Part shown: positions 48,152 through 57,688 of the stretch, one piece after another
How the letters are laid out: the number at the start of each line of letters is the position of its first letter
Position numbering within the stretch: position 1 is the first letter of the stretch
Assembly (NCBI GenBank): GCA_964373505.1
Contig: CAYJVC010000004.1
Span: 5,916 to 69,915 of the forward strand
Origin: an uncultured Planctomycetia bacterium
Lineage (GTDB): Bacteria; Omnitrophota; Gorgyraeia; 2-02-FULL-51-18
Length of the DNA stretch: 64,000 nt
Direction of reading: 5' to 3'
The notes under the pieces: generated by a model
The model's database searches: none
The model's input: the letters and a program-made list of their open reading frames with translations, nothing else
Told to the model about the DNA's origin: nothing
Position numbers and translations under genes: made by a program

Positions 48152-48938
48152 GGATGGCCTTTGCGAACGGGCGCACAAATTTTTTTGCGAACGCCTCGGC
48201 GTTCAAATGAAGATGCGCGGCCAGCGTGTTTACCAGGGCGCTGCCTACGATGACGCCGTCGGCGATCTTTGACACCTGCTTCGCACGGGCAGGATCTGAG
48301 ACGCCGAAACCCACGCACACCGGGAGTGCCGTCATTTTCTTGATAGCGGAAATATTTTTACGGACGCTCTCCGTCACAAGGTGATGGGCGCCGGTTACGC
48401 CGGTCAGGGAAACGTAGTAAATAAAACCCCTCGAGGCTCCTACGATAAGCCGGCGCCGTGCCCCGGTGCTTGTGGGCGCCAAAAGATACACCAGGTCCAC
48501 GCCGTTCCTGCGCATGAGCGCGCGGATGTCTTTTTCCTCGTCCGGCGGTAGGTCCGGCACTATCAAACCGTCCACGCCGGAGTCGCGCGCGGCCTTCGCG
48601 AAATGAGCCGGGCCCATCGCGAGGATCGGATTGAGATAGCTCATGAGGAGGATCGGGGTGCTTGATTTCCTGCGGGCTTTTTTCACAAGCGCTAAAATTT
48701 TACGCAGCGTCGTGTGTCGCTTGAGCGACCGGTTGGAAGCCTCCTGGATGACGGGCCCGTCCGCCAAGGGGTCTGAAAAAGGCACCCCCAGCTCAATGAG
48801 GTCCACCCCCGCCTTCTCCAATGTGCCGATCAACTCCCCGGTCATTTTGAGGCTTGGGTCGCCGGCCGTGATAAAAACGACAAGCGCCTTTTTCCCTTCC
48901 TTTTTCAGCGCTTTGAATTTTTTTTCTATACGATTCAC
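48144..48938 (-). CDS. trpA: tryptophan synthase alpha chain
   Basis: 264 aa that starts with GTG and is typical of TrpA (LVVFITAGDPSL...). Confidence 0.9.
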   Translation of the reverse strand: MNRIEKKFKALKKEGKKALVVFITAGDPSLKMTGELIGTLEKAGVDLIELGVPFSDPLADGPVIQEASNRSLKRHTTLRKILALVKKARRKSSTPILLMSYLNPILAMGPAHFAKAARDSGVDGLIVPDLPPDEEKDIRALMRRNGVDLVYLLAPTSTGARRRLIVGASRGFIYYVSLTGVTGAHHLVTESVRKNISAIKKMTALPVCVGFGVSDPARAKQVSKIADGVIVGSALVNTLAAHLHLNAEAFAKKFVRPFAKAIHD

Positions 48939-49021
48939 CCCACCCCCTCCTTTTGAGACAACGATGTTGTCTCAATGCTATGCATCAAAATTGAAAATTT
49001 TAAAGGAGGGGGTGGGGTCAT
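48935..49021 (-). repeat. family-A palindromic element (copy e) with micro-[31 protein letters not shown]
   Basis: Arms CCCCACCCCCTCCTTT / AAAGGAGGGGGTGGGG. It makes an ATGA overlap with the trpB stop and a GTGA overlap with the trpA start. The AAGGAGG Shine-Dalgarno site lies in the 3' arm. Confidence 0.8.
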
Positions 49022-50223
49022 AGATGCAAAACCTTTGAAACGCTTTCCATGTCTTTGTCGCCCCGTCCCGAGAGGCAAACCACGATCACTTCTTTCTTTT
49101 TAAAGCGTGATTTGTGTTTGGCCAGATACCCGAACACGTGCGCGGTTTCAAGCGCCGGAATGATGCCCTCGGTTTGGCTTAAAATTTTCATCCCCAAGAG
49201 CGCTTCCTTGTCGGTCGCCGATACGTATTCCGCGCGGCGGATCTTTTTCAGGTACGCATGTTCAGGGCCTACGCCGGGATAGTCGAGACCCGCCGAGATC
49301 GAGTGCGCGAGTTTCACCTGTCCGTCCCGGTCCTGCAACACCTCGCTTTTTGACCCGTGCAGGACGCCGATCTTGCCCAAAGACAGTGTCGCCGAATGGC
49401 GGTCCGTGCCCAGGCCATGGCCTGCCGCCTCCACACCGATAAGTTTCGTTCTGCTTTTAAGGAAAGGATAAAAAAGGCCGATGCTGTTCGACCCGCCGCC
49501 CACGCAGGCGATGCAGGTGTCGGGCGAACGAACCCCCAGAGGCCTTAACTGCGCAATCGTCTCTTTTCCGATCACCGATTGAAAATCCCTCACCATCACG
49601 GGGTACGGATGAGGCCCGATCACCGAGCCAATAATGTAATGCGTGTCCTTCACATGAGTGACCCAGTCGCGGATCGCCTCGTTCACGGCGTCTTTCAAGG
49701 TCCGCGAGCCGGATCTTACAGGGATCACGCGCGCGCCGAGGAGTTTCATGCGGAATACGTTGAGCGCCTGCCGCTCGATGTCCACCTGCCCCATGTAAAC
49801 ATCGCAGGGAATACCGAAAAGAGCGCACACGGTCGCGGTCGCAACGCCATGCTGCCCGGCTCCCGTTTCGGCGATCACGCGCTTTTTGCCCATGCGAAGC
49901 GTCAAAAGCGCCTGCCCAATCGTGTTGTTGATCTTGTGGGCGCCGGTGTGGAGAAGGTCCTCCCGCTTAAGATAGACTTTTTTCACGCCGAGATATTCGG
50001 CCAGGTGCCGGGCTTCGGTGAGCGCAGTCGGGCGACCGGCAAAATTCCTCAGGTAATGGCTGACTTCCTTTTTGAATTTCGGATCGAGCCGAGTGCTCCG
50101 GTAAGCTTTCTCAAGCTCTTCCAGCGCGGCCATCAAGGTTTCGGGCACGTACTTCCCTCCGTACGGCCCGAAGTGGCCGCGCGAGTCCGGAACTTTGGTT
50201 CGGCGGTTACGCTGATCTGGCAT
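49018..50223 (-). CDS. trpB: tryptophan synthase beta chain
   Basis: 401 aa with a PLP-binding region HTGAHKINN. Confidence 0.95.
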   Translation of the reverse strand: MPDQRNRRTKVPDSRGHFGPYGGKYVPETLMAALEELEKAYRSTRLDPKFKKEVSHYLRNFAGRPTALTEARHLAEYLGVKKVYLKREDLLHTGAHKINNTIGQALLTLRMGKKRVIAETGAGQHGVATATVCALFGIPCDVYMGQVDIERQALNVFRMKLLGARVIPVRSGSRTLKDAVNEAIRDWVTHVKDTHYIIGSVIGPHPYPVMVRDFQSVIGKETIAQLRPLGVRSPDTCIACVGGGSNSIGLFYPFLKSRTKLIGVEAAGHGLGTDRHSATLSLGKIGVLHGSKSEVLQDRDGQVKLAHSISAGLDYPGVGPEHAYLKKIRRAEYVSATDKEALLGMKILSQTEGIIPALETAHVFGYLAKHKSRFKKKEVIVVCLSGRGDKDMESVSKVLHL

Positions 50224-50920
50224 TTTGGATGAATTCTTTCAAAAGTTCATGGTCCTTGATCCCCGGGCGCTTTTCCACGCCGCTCGAGACGTCCACGCCG
50301 TAGGGTGAAAGTGTCTGAATGGCTTTCCGGACGTTGCTGGGACGAAGCCCCCCTGAAATAATCACTGGTTTTAGTCGATCTCGAAGGTCACGGGTCCTGC
50401 CGCTCCGAGAGCCCATTTTTTGCAAGTGTTTCCCTTGCAAAAAATGGGCGCCCCTCTCCGCGTCACCCGTGACCTTCGAGATCTCGGCTGACAACATTTT
50501 CCAATTGAAATTTTGCCCGCTTCCTCCGTATCGGCCTGTTACTTGTGTGTCAAATAAATAGGCGTCCGCGGGAAAGCCGAGAAGATTTTCCAAATGAAAC
50601 CCTTCATCGACGCGAAAAGCCTTTATGACTTTACAACAACGGAGCTTTTTTGTATAGGCCCGGGTTTCGTCCCCGTGAAGCTGCACCGCGCTTAAGCCGC
50701 AGAGCCGGGCTATCATCTCCACTTTCCTGGGGTTTTCGTTCACGAAAACCCCCACCGTCGTGACAAAGGGTCCGAGTTTTCCTATGATCTCTTGTGCCCT
50801 TTTTGGGGTCAGCCGCCGCGGGCTTTTGGCGAATACGAACCCGAGCGCGTCGGCCCCACACCCAAGTGCGGCGCGCGCGTCGGGCAAATTCGTGATCCCG
50901 CAGATCTTAACCCTGACCAT
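50207..50920 (-). CDS. trpF: phosphoribosylanthranilate isomerase carrying an in-frame ~37-aa insertion derived from a family-B palindromic element
   Basis: VKICGIT...[16 protein letters not shown] then an extra [36 protein letters not shown] before the conserved PVIISGGL. Confidence 0.8.
   Translation of the reverse strand: MVRVKICGITNLPDARAALGCGADALGFVFAKSPRRLTPKRAQEIIGKLGPFVTTVGVFVNENPRKVEMIARLCGLSAVQLHGDETRAYTKKLRCCKVIKAFRVDEGFHLENLLGFPADAYLFDTQVTGRYGGSGQNFNWKMLSAEISKVTGDAERGAHFLQGKHLQKMGSRSGRTRDLRDRLKPVIISGGLRPSNVRKAIQTLSPYGVDVSSGVEKRPGIKDHELLKEFIQNARSA
50377..50487 (-). repeat. family-B palindromic element (copy B2) inserted in-frame within trpF
   Basis: CGATCTCGAAGGTCACGGGTCCTGCCGCTCCGAG...CGCGTCACCCGTGACCTTCGAGATCTCG with ~20-bp perfect inverted arms. 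Length is a multiple of 3. Confidence 0.75.
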
Positions 50921-51698
50921 AGCCTGTTCCGCGAAGTTCCGAAAGCGCCTTTTTGACGTTCTTCTTCGTGAGAAGGCTCTCTCCCACCAGCACGGCCCGG
51001 ACCCCGAGTTTTTTTAAAAACAAGATCTCCCCATGGTTTTGTATCCCGCTTTCCGACACCACGCAGAGAGCTCGAGGAATATTTTTAACTAATTTTTCGG
51101 TCGTGCGAATGTCCACCGTGAAAGTTTTCAGGTTCCGGTTGTTGATGCCGATGAGCTTTGCGTGGATCGCCAGGGTTTTTTTAAGTTCCGCTTGCGTGTG
51201 CACTTCCACGAGCGCGTCGAGCCCGAGCCGTCGGGCCAAATTCCGGAAGCGCCTCAGCTTTTCACGGGTCAAGAGGGCCGCGATGAGTAAGACCGCGTCG
51301 GCGCCGAGGAGCCTTGATTCGTAGATCTGGTACTCATCGATGAGGAAGTCCTTCCTTAGAATGGGGAGCGTGACGGCTCTCCGTACTTTTTTGAGATCGA
51401 CGGCACCCCCGCCGAAAAATTTTTTGTCCGTCAGAACGGAAAGTGCCCGCGCCCCCGCTTCCTTGTAGCTCTGGGCGATCTTTACGGGATCAAAAGCGGT
51501 CCGTAATACCCCTTGGGAGGGCGATCTTCTCTTGATCTCGGCGATCACCGAGATCCCGTTCCCTTTCCGCAGCGCCTGGAGGAAACGAGGTCTCTTTCTT
51601 TTAAGACGTAAGACCTCCTTTTTTAGGACGGCGAGCGGCTTGATCCTTTTAAGCGAGGCAACTTCCTTTTTTTTATTAGCTATGATCTTGCCGAGCAT
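50907..51698 (-). CDS. trpC: indole-3-glycerol phosphate synthase
   Basis: VIAEIKRRSPSQG motif, 263 aa. Confidence 0.9.
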   Translation of the reverse strand: MLGKIIANKKKEVASLKRIKPLAVLKKEVLRLKRKRPRFLQALRKGNGISVIAEIKRRSPSQGVLRTAFDPVKIAQSYKEAGARALSVLTDKKFFGGGAVDLKKVRRAVTLPILRKDFLIDEYQIYESRLLGADAVLLIAALLTREKLRRFRNLARRLGLDALVEVHTQAELKKTLAIHAKLIGINNRNLKTFTVDIRTTEKLVKNIPRALCVVSESGIQNHGEILFLKKLGVRAVLVGESLLTKKNVKKALSELRGTGYGQG

Positions 51699-52717
51699 TA
51701 GGCAACGTCCCGCGTGAACGAAGCGATCCTTTCAAGTGCCCCGTAAGCCGCACCCGACGCTAAGTGTTTTCGAACGGCCTCTACTCCTTCCTTCAGCGAG
51801 GCCGCCTTTCCGGCCACGTAGAGTGCGGCGCCCGTATTCAAAAAAACGATATCGCCGTGCGCGCCGCGCTCGCCTTTTAGGACGCCCATGGCCGCGGCCT
51901 TGCAGTCGTCCAGGGTTAGACACTGAATGTTCTCTAGCCGAGCTTTTTTGATCCCAAGATCGCCGGGTGAAACCGTATAACTTTTGACCCTGCCTTTATC
52001 CAGTTCAGCGACCCGTGTTTCATCGCAGGTGGTTATTTCGTCGAGCCCGTCCTTTCCATGGACTACGAGCGCGCGTTTTGAGCCAAGCTCCAGGAGCGTC
52101 TTAGCGAGCGTTCCCACAAGCCGCTCGTCATACACGCCGATCAACTGGTAAAGCGCGCCGGCCGGATTTGAAAGCGGTCCGAGCAGGTTGAATAGGGTCT
52201 TGCCCCCGATCTTTTTCCGGGCGGGCATCGCGTATTTCGTGGCTTCGTGAAATTTGGGCGCGAAGAAGAAACCAAAATTATTTTGGTCGATGCAGGCCTC
52301 GATGGCCGGAACGGGCAGGTCTATCCTTACCCCCAGCGCTTCGAGAAGGTCCGCGCTGCCGCATTGGCTCGAAACCGAGCGGTTGCCGTGTTTGCCGACC
52401 TTGACGCCCATCGAGGCGGCGGTCAGCGCCGAGAGCGTTGAGATATTGAGCGTATGCTTGGCGTCCCCGCCCGTGCCGCAGGTATCCAGAAGTTCGGCGT
52501 AACGTCGGGTGAGCTTCAGCGCATGTTGGCGCATGACCTTGGCTGCGGCCGCGATCTCTTCGGCCGTTTCACCCTTGTCTCTCAAGAGGAGGAGAAATTC
52601 TTCGATCTCCGGGTCCCTCAAGACGCCTGTCATGATAGCCTCCATCATGTGTGTCATGTCGGCCGGGCTTAAGGGCTCTTTTTTACCTAATTTGAAAAAG
52701 ACGTCGTTGACTATCAT
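51698..52717 (-). CDS. trpD: anthranilate phosphoribosyltransferase
   Basis: CGTGGDAKHTLNISTL...KHGNRSVSS motifs. Confidence 0.9.
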   Translation of the reverse strand: MIVNDVFFKLGKKEPLSPADMTHMMEAIMTGVLRDPEIEEFLLLLRDKGETAEEIAAAAKVMRQHALKLTRRYAELLDTCGTGGDAKHTLNISTLSALTAASMGVKVGKHGNRSVSSQCGSADLLEALGVRIDLPVPAIEACIDQNNFGFFFAPKFHEATKYAMPARKKIGGKTLFNLLGPLSNPAGALYQLIGVYDERLVGTLAKTLLELGSKRALVVHGKDGLDEITTCDETRVAELDKGRVKSYTVSPGDLGIKKARLENIQCLTLDDCKAAAMGVLKGERGAHGDIVFLNTGAALYVAGKAASLKEGVEAVRKHLASGAAYGALERIASFTRDVA

Positions 52718-53286
52718 TATTGGGTCAGACGGAGGAAATTTTTCAGGATCTCTTTGCCGGACTGCGTCAGGATGGATTCAGGATGGAACTGGACTCCGTA
52801 AACCGGGTATCGTTTGTGTTGAAGGCCCATGATCTCCTTTTCCCGGGTCTCGGCCGTGATCTCCAGCTCTTTCGGCAGGCTTTTTCTTTCGACCAAAAGC
52901 GAGTGGTACCTTGTACCGATGAACGGATTATCGATATTTTTGAAGATCCCCTTCCCGGTGTGGTGAATCCGCGAGGTTTTTCCGTGCATGAGCCTGGCCG
53001 CACCCACCACTTTTCCGCCGTAGGCTTCGCCTATGCACTGATGCCCCAGGCAGACGCCGAGGATCGGGACCTTGTCGCCGAGCTTTTGGATGATCTGGAG
53101 GGAAATGCCGGCCTGCTTCGGGTTGCCGGGGCCCGGCGAGATCACGATGCGGCTTGGTTTCATTTTTTTGATCCGGGGTATCGTGATTTCGTCATTCCTG
53201 AAAATTTTAAGTTCCTGCCCCATTTCGCCCAGGTACTGCACGAGGTTATAAGTGAACGAGTCATAATTGTCGATCATCAGGATCAC
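52717..53286 (-). CDS. trpG: anthranilate synthase component II (glutamine amidotransferase)
   Basis: [18 protein letters not shown]...GVCLGHQ. I place the start at GTG, overlapping the micro-ORF TGA; the track ORF reads on into the repeat. Confidence 0.85.
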   Translation of the reverse strand: MILMIDNYDSFTYNLVQYLGEMGQELKIFRNDEITIPRIKKMKPSRIVISPGPGNPKQAGISLQIIQKLGDKVPILGVCLGHQCIGEAYGGKVVGAARLMHGKTSRIHHTGKGIFKNIDNPFIGTRYHSLLVERKSLPKELEITAETREKEIMGLQHKRYPVYGVQFHPESILTQSGKEILKNFLRLTQ

Positions 53287-53438
53287 CCCATCCCCTCCTT
53301 TTGAGACGACATTGCCCCATCCCCCGTTTGAATGATTGCTTCGCAATCAGTTCGCGGAGCGAACCAAACAGGGGATGGGGTTGTCGTCCCAATGCTTTGC
53401 ATAAGAATTGAAAATTCTAAAGGAGGGGATGGGGTCAT
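53283..53438 (-). repeat. family-A element (copy f) with nested internal duplicate; 51-aa micro-ORF MTPSPPLEFSILMQSIGTTTPSPVWF...SSQKEGMG
   Basis: Outer arms CCCCATCCCCTCCTTT / AAAGGAGGGGATGGGG plus an inner CCCCATCCCCTGTTTG / CAAACGGGGGATGGGG pair. ATGA overlap with the trpE stop and GTGA overlap with the trpG start. Confidence 0.75.
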
Positions 53439-54931
53439 GGCGCACCTCCGCCTTCGGCGGATTCGATCGCTTTGAGAAGCGCTCGGGCTTTATTGACGGT
53501 CTCCTGATATTCATGCTTGGGGACGGAGTCCGTCACAATGCCCGCCCCCGCCTGCACGGTGGCGACGCCGTTCTTCACCAATAGGGTGCGGATCGCAATG
53601 CAGGAGTCGAGGTTCCCCGAGTAGCTGAAATAACCCACGATGCCGGAATAAAGACCGCGCTTCTGGTTCTCCAGTTCGTCGATGATCTCCATGGCCCTCA
53701 CCTTGGGAGCTCCTGAGACCGTGCCCGCCGGGAATGTCGCGCGCAAAAGGTCGAAAGGCGTCCCGCCTTTTTTCATAAGTCCCTCCACGGTGCTCACGAT
53801 GTGCATGACATGTGAATAACGCTCGATCGTCATAAATTCGGGCACTTTCACGGATTTAAATTCGCAAACACGGCCCAGGTCATTGCGACCGAGGTCCACA
53901 AGCATCAGGTGCTCGGCGCGTTCCTTCGGGTCGTTCAGAAGTTCCTTTTCAAGTTTCAAGTCCTCTCGGGGGCTTTTGCCGCGGCGCCGCGTGCCTGCGA
54001 TCGGCCGGAGAGTCGCCTTTCGGTCCTCACAACGCACATGCATTTCAGGCGACGAGCCGACGATTTGGAAATCTTCGCAATTCAAATAAAACATGTAGGG
54101 CGAGGGGTTGATGGAACGAAGCGCGCGGTAAATATCGAACGCGTCCGAGTGAACGGCCGTGCGGAACGACTGAGACAGCACGACCTGAAAAATATCGCCC
54201 GCCTTGATGTAGCGCTTGGCGGTGAGAACGGCTTTCTCAAAGGCCGCTTTCGTGAAATTAGAATCAACTTTAGGCCCATTAGAGGAAGCGGCTTCCGGGT
54301 GTGAACCCGCGCCTGCCGCGGCGGCCCTCAACTTTCGGATCTGGTGATCTATTTTCTCGCACGCGTGCGCGTAAGCCTCCTCGGCGCTCGTGAATTCGTC
54401 CAAAAAAACATTGGAGACGACTTTGATCTTTTGATTCAACCGGTCAAAAATGAACAGCGTATCGGTAAAAATAAAGATCGAGTCGGGAAGTTGAAGCGTG
54501 TCTTTGTTTTTATCGGGGATCCGCTCGATGAATCGCACCGTGTCGTAACCCAAGTAACCGACCGCGCCTCCGGCGAACGGGGGGAGTCCTTTCACCGGCA
54601 CGGTGCGGTAGCGTTTGAGAAGTTTCTCAAGCTCACCGAGCGGATCGCGCCGTGTCTCGAAGGATTCTTCGACGCCGTTCTTCAGCAACGTGATGCGCCG
54701 TCCCTTGCTCTTAAAGACGAGCGAAGGCTCCCCGCCGAGGAACGAATAGCGCGCGACGCGCTCACCGCCTTCCACGGATTCGAGAAGGTAGGCATAGGGC
54801 CGGTCCCCCATTTTAAGGAACGCGGAAACCGGCGTGTCCAGGTCCGCCAGGATCTCGCGGTAAACGGGGATCAGGTTCCCTTTTCTTGCGAGTTTCAGGA
54901 AGTCGCTTTTACCCGGAAAAAAAGAAGCCAC
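53435..54931 (-). CDS. trpE: anthranilate synthase component I
   Basis: 498 aa with a chorismate-binding C-terminal domain (GAGIVTDS...). Confidence 0.9.
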   Translation of the reverse strand: MASFFPGKSDFLKLARKGNLIPVYREILADLDTPVSAFLKMGDRPYAYLLESVEGGERVARYSFLGGEPSLVFKSKGRRITLLKNGVEESFETRRDPLGELEKLLKRYRTVPVKGLPPFAGGAVGYLGYDTVRFIERIPDKNKDTLQLPDSIFIFTDTLFIFDRLNQKIKVVSNVFLDEFTSAEEAYAHACEKIDHQIRKLRAAAAGAGSHPEAASSNGPKVDSNFTKAAFEKAVLTAKRYIKAGDIFQVVLSQSFRTAVHSDAFDIYRALRSINPSPYMFYLNCEDFQIVGSSPEMHVRCEDRKATLRPIAGTRRRGKSPREDLKLEKELLNDPKERAEHLMLVDLGRNDLGRVCEFKSVKVPEFMTIERYSHVMHIVSTVEGLMKKGGTPFDLLRATFPAGTVSGAPKVRAMEIIDELENQKRGLYSGIVGYFSYSGNLDSCIAIRTLLVKNGVATVQAGAGIVTDSVPKHEYQETVNKARALLKAIESAEGGGAP

Positions 54932-55330
54932 TCAATACACCTTCGCGGGATCGAATACGCGCTCATCCGTGATCTGACGCGAGCCGTCTTTTTCCACCTT
55001 TTCGAAATAACAGCTCAAATACCCCTTGTGGCAGCCGGCGACCTTTTGATCGATGATGAAAAGGAGCGATTTTCCCTCGCAGTCGGCGCGGAATTCCCTA
55101 ACAGCCTGCGTGTGGCCGGAGCTTTCGCCCTTCATCATGAGTTTGTTCTGCGAGCGCCGGAATAGATAAATGAACCCCTTCTCAAGCGTGGCCCTGAGTG
55201 CTGTGTCATTCATGTAACACAGCGTCAAAACTTTTTTGCTGGCCGCGTCCTGGATGATCGCCGGGATCAAGCCGGTTTGCGCGTCAAATTTAAGCATGCT
55301 CTTTATTTTCTGAAAATCCGTTTCAGTCAT
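54932..55330 (-). CDS. hisI: phosphoribosyl-AMP cyclohydrolase
   Basis: HisI-like 132 aa. I prefer the start at the second ATG (MTETDFQ), which has AGGAG 8 nt upstream. Confidence 0.8.
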   Translation of the reverse strand: MTETDFQKIKSMLKFDAQTGLIPAIIQDAASKKVLTLCYMNDTALRATLEKGFIYLFRRSQNKLMMKGESSGHTQAVREFRADCEGKSLLFIIDQKVAGCHKGYLSCYFEKVEKDGSRQITDERVFDPAKVY

Positions 55331-55341
55331 AACCACTCCTA

Positions 55342-55506
55342 TTAACATGTGTCATTTCGAGCGCCCGCCAAAGGCGGGTCCGCCTCAGGCGGAAAGCGAG
55401 ACCAGCCTGTCCCTGCCCGTCCGGCAGGCGGGCGGCAGGCAGGAATCTCATCAAGTCGTGTGATGAGATCTCTCGTCGCTTCGCTCCTCGAGATGACATG
55501 GTTCAT
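55342..55506 (-). repeat. family-C multi-hairpin GC-rich intergenic element between hisF and hisI, spanned by a 54-aa linker ORF
   Basis: Outer inverted repeat GTCATTTCGAGCG / CGCTCCTCGAGATGAC enclosing three further hairpins. The linker ORF MNHVISRSEATRDL... starts 3 nt after the hisF stop. Confidence 0.5.
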
Positions 55507-55509
55507 GTC

Positions 55510-56271
55510 CTACAATCTAACGTGGACTCCTTTTCTACTTAGGTATTGTTTCGCCTGTTTCACCGTGAATTCCCTAGTGTGAAAAATACTCGCCGCCAAG
55601 ACTGCGTCCGCCCGCCCCTTCGTAAGTCCATCGGCCAGGTGCTTCAGATTTCCGGCCCCGCCCGAGGCGATCACGGGAATTCCGACCGCATCCGAAACGG
55701 CGCGCGTAAGCCCAAGGTCATAGCCGCTTTTCGTGCCGTCCCGGTCCATGCTCGTGAGAAGGATCTCACCCGCGCCCAGCGCTTCCGCTTTCCGGGCCCA
55801 CTGAACCGCATCCAGCCCTGTCCTATTGCGGCCGCCGTGCGTGTAGACCTCCCACCCATGGCCGCGGGGCCTGCGTTTCGCGTCAATCGCCGCGACGATG
55901 CACTGCGAACCGAATCGTGAAGCGCTTTTCTTCAAGAACTTCGGATCTTTTACGGCCGCCGTGTTGATGGATACCTTGTCTGCGCCGGCGTTCAGGAGGC
56001 TGCGGATGTCTTGCAGAGTGCTGACGCCGCCTCCAACCGTGAGCGGCATGAACGCTTTCTCGGCCGTCCGCCGCACGAGTTCAAGCAGGATGCCTCTTTT
56101 TTCGTGCGAGGCCGTGATGTCGAGGAACACGAGCTCATCCGCGCGCTGCTTGTCGTAATAGACCGCGCAGGCGACAGGGTCGCCGGCATCACGAAGGTCC
56201 ACAAACCGCGTGCCCTTGACCACGCGGCCGGCCTTCACGTCCAGACAAGGAATTATACGTTTTGCGAGCAT
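55510..56271 (-). CDS. hisF: imidazole glycerol phosphate synthase cyclase subunit
   Basis: 253 aa reading [17 protein letters not shown]... Confidence 0.95.
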   Translation of the reverse strand: MLAKRIIPCLDVKAGRVVKGTRFVDLRDAGDPVACAVYYDKQRADELVFLDITASHEKRGILLELVRRTAEKAFMPLTVGGGVSTLQDIRSLLNAGADKVSINTAAVKDPKFLKKSASRFGSQCIVAAIDAKRRPRGHGWEVYTHGGRNRTGLDAVQWARKAEALGAGEILLTSMDRDGTKSGYDLGLTRAVSDAVGIPVIASGGAGNLKHLADGLTKGRADAVLAASIFHTREFTVKQAKQYLSRKGVHVRL

Positions 56272-56984
56272 ACTTGAATAGCTTCTTTTAGCGTGAATTT
56301 GTTCTCATAAAGCGCTTTGCCTATCACGACCCCCCGGATGTTCTTTTTCTTGAGTTTCATCAGCGCTTCGAGGTCCTTCAGCGAACTCACGCCCCCGGAG
56401 GCGATAAGGTCGAGGTTCACGGCTTCACTGGCGTTTTTTATCTCTTTGATGTTCAACCCGGAAAGAGCCCCGTCCTTTGAAATATCCGTGTAGATCACGG
56501 TTTGCCCGCCGAGCTTTTCAAATTCTTTGATGAATTGGACGGCATTTATTTTTGTGACCTTTGTCCAGCCGTCCGTCGCGATGAGCCCGTCCCGTGCATC
56601 GACGCCGATGATCGCCTTCTCCTTAAGCTCGGACACGAGCTCTTTTATGAATCCTCTGTCGAGACACGCCTGGGTGCCGAAAATGACCCACCCGGCGCCC
56701 ATCGCCAGATACCTAGCCGCGGTTTGGAGGCTGCGGATGCCGCCTCCCACCTCGACCGGGGTCCGCACGGCGTTTAAGATCCGCTCGATCGTCTTTATGT
56801 TTTTCGGCTCGCCTTTCAGCGCCCCGTCCAGGTCCACCACGTGGATCCTGGACGCCCCCTCCTCTTCAAAGCGCCTGGCGATATCTTCCGCCTTTTCCGA
56901 ATAGATCTTTTCGGCCTTGAAGTCTCCTTGGAAAAGACGGACAACCTTACCGTCCTTGAGGTCGATCGCGGGGATAGGGATCAC
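56253..56984 (-). CDS. hisA: 1-(5-phosphoribosyl)-5-[(5-phosphoribosylamino)methylideneamino]imidazole-4-carboxamide isomerase
   Basis: Starts with GTG: (M)[16 protein letters not shown]... Confidence 0.9.
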   Translation of the reverse strand: MIPIPAIDLKDGKVVRLFQGDFKAEKIYSEKAEDIARRFEEEGASRIHVVDLDGALKGEPKNIKTIERILNAVRTPVEVGGGIRSLQTAARYLAMGAGWVIFGTQACLDRGFIKELVSELKEKAIIGVDARDGLIATDGWTKVTKINAVQFIKEFEKLGGQTVIYTDISKDGALSGLNIKEIKNASEAVNLDLIASGGVSSLKDLEALMKLKKKNIRGVVIGKALYENKFTLKEAIQVCSQNV

Positions 56985-57067
56985 CCCGCCCCCTCTTTCC
57001 GAGGCGCCAGCGGCGCCTCGACGTTGCAGGTTGAAATTAAAAATTTTGAAAGAGGGGGTGGGGTCAT
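56981..57067 (-). repeat. family-A palindromic element (copy g) with micro-[31 protein letters not shown]
   Basis: Arms CCCCACCCCCTCTTTC / GAAAGAGGGGGCGGGG. Its ATG lies 6 nt after the hisH TAG stop and its TGA overlaps the hisA GTG. Confidence 0.75.
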
Positions 57068-57073
57068 GCGAGG

Positions 57074-57688
57074 CTACTTAAGACGGACGAAGTTCTTGAC
57101 GATCCGAAGGCCCGCGTTCTGGCTTTTCTCGGGATGGAACTGGGTCGCAAAGATATTATCGCGCCAGACGCTGGAGCAGAATCCAAACCCGTAATCGGTG
57201 GTGGAGGAGACCCAGCTTGTGTCCTGGGGGGCGCCGTAGAACGAATGCACAAAATAGAAAAAATCGCCCGGACGGATCCCCTGGAAAAGCGGACAGTCTT
57301 TTTTTTTGAGGTTCAACGTGTTCCAGCCCATGTGCGGGATCTTGAGTCTTACTCGGAATTTTTTCACCTTTCCGCGGATGATCCCAAACCCGGCGGACTT
57401 GCGCTTGCCTTCATTTTCCTCGCTCTCCTCGAATAAAAGCTGCAGCCCCAAGCACAAGCCAAGATAGGGCGTGCCCCCAAGCACTTTTTTACGGATTACG
57501 TCCACCAGCCTCCGCTTCTCAAGCTCGCGGACAGCCGCCGTAAAGGCACCGACACCGGGCAGCACGATCATTTCGGCGTTGGCGATGTCGGATCGGGACG
57601 ACGTGATCCTGGGTTTGGCCCCGCCCTTCTCGAACGCCTTCTCGACGCTGCGGAGATTGCCCATCCCATAATCCACAATAGCAATCAT
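57074..57688 (-). CDS. hisH: imidazole glycerol phosphate synthase glutamine amidotransferase subunit
   Basis: MIAIVDYGMGNLRSV...GVCLGLQ. Confidence 0.95.
   Translation of the reverse strand: MIAIVDYGMGNLRSVEKAFEKGGAKPRITSSRSDIANAEMIVLPGVGAFTAAVRELEKRRLVDVIRKKVLGGTPYLGLCLGLQLLFEESEENEGKRKSAGFGIIRGKVKKFRVRLKIPHMGWNTLNLKKKDCPLFQGIRPGDFFYFVHSFYGAPQDTSWVSSTTDYGFGFCSSVWRDNIFATQFHPEKSQNAGLRIVKNFVRLK

Noticed and set aside
55349-55582. Plus-strand ORF MSFRAPAKGGSASGG... across the hisF-hisI spacer
   Set aside because: It is antisense to the operon and is composed of the GC-rich palindromes. It has no SD or partner signals, and the minus-strand linker frame is the one phased with hisF.
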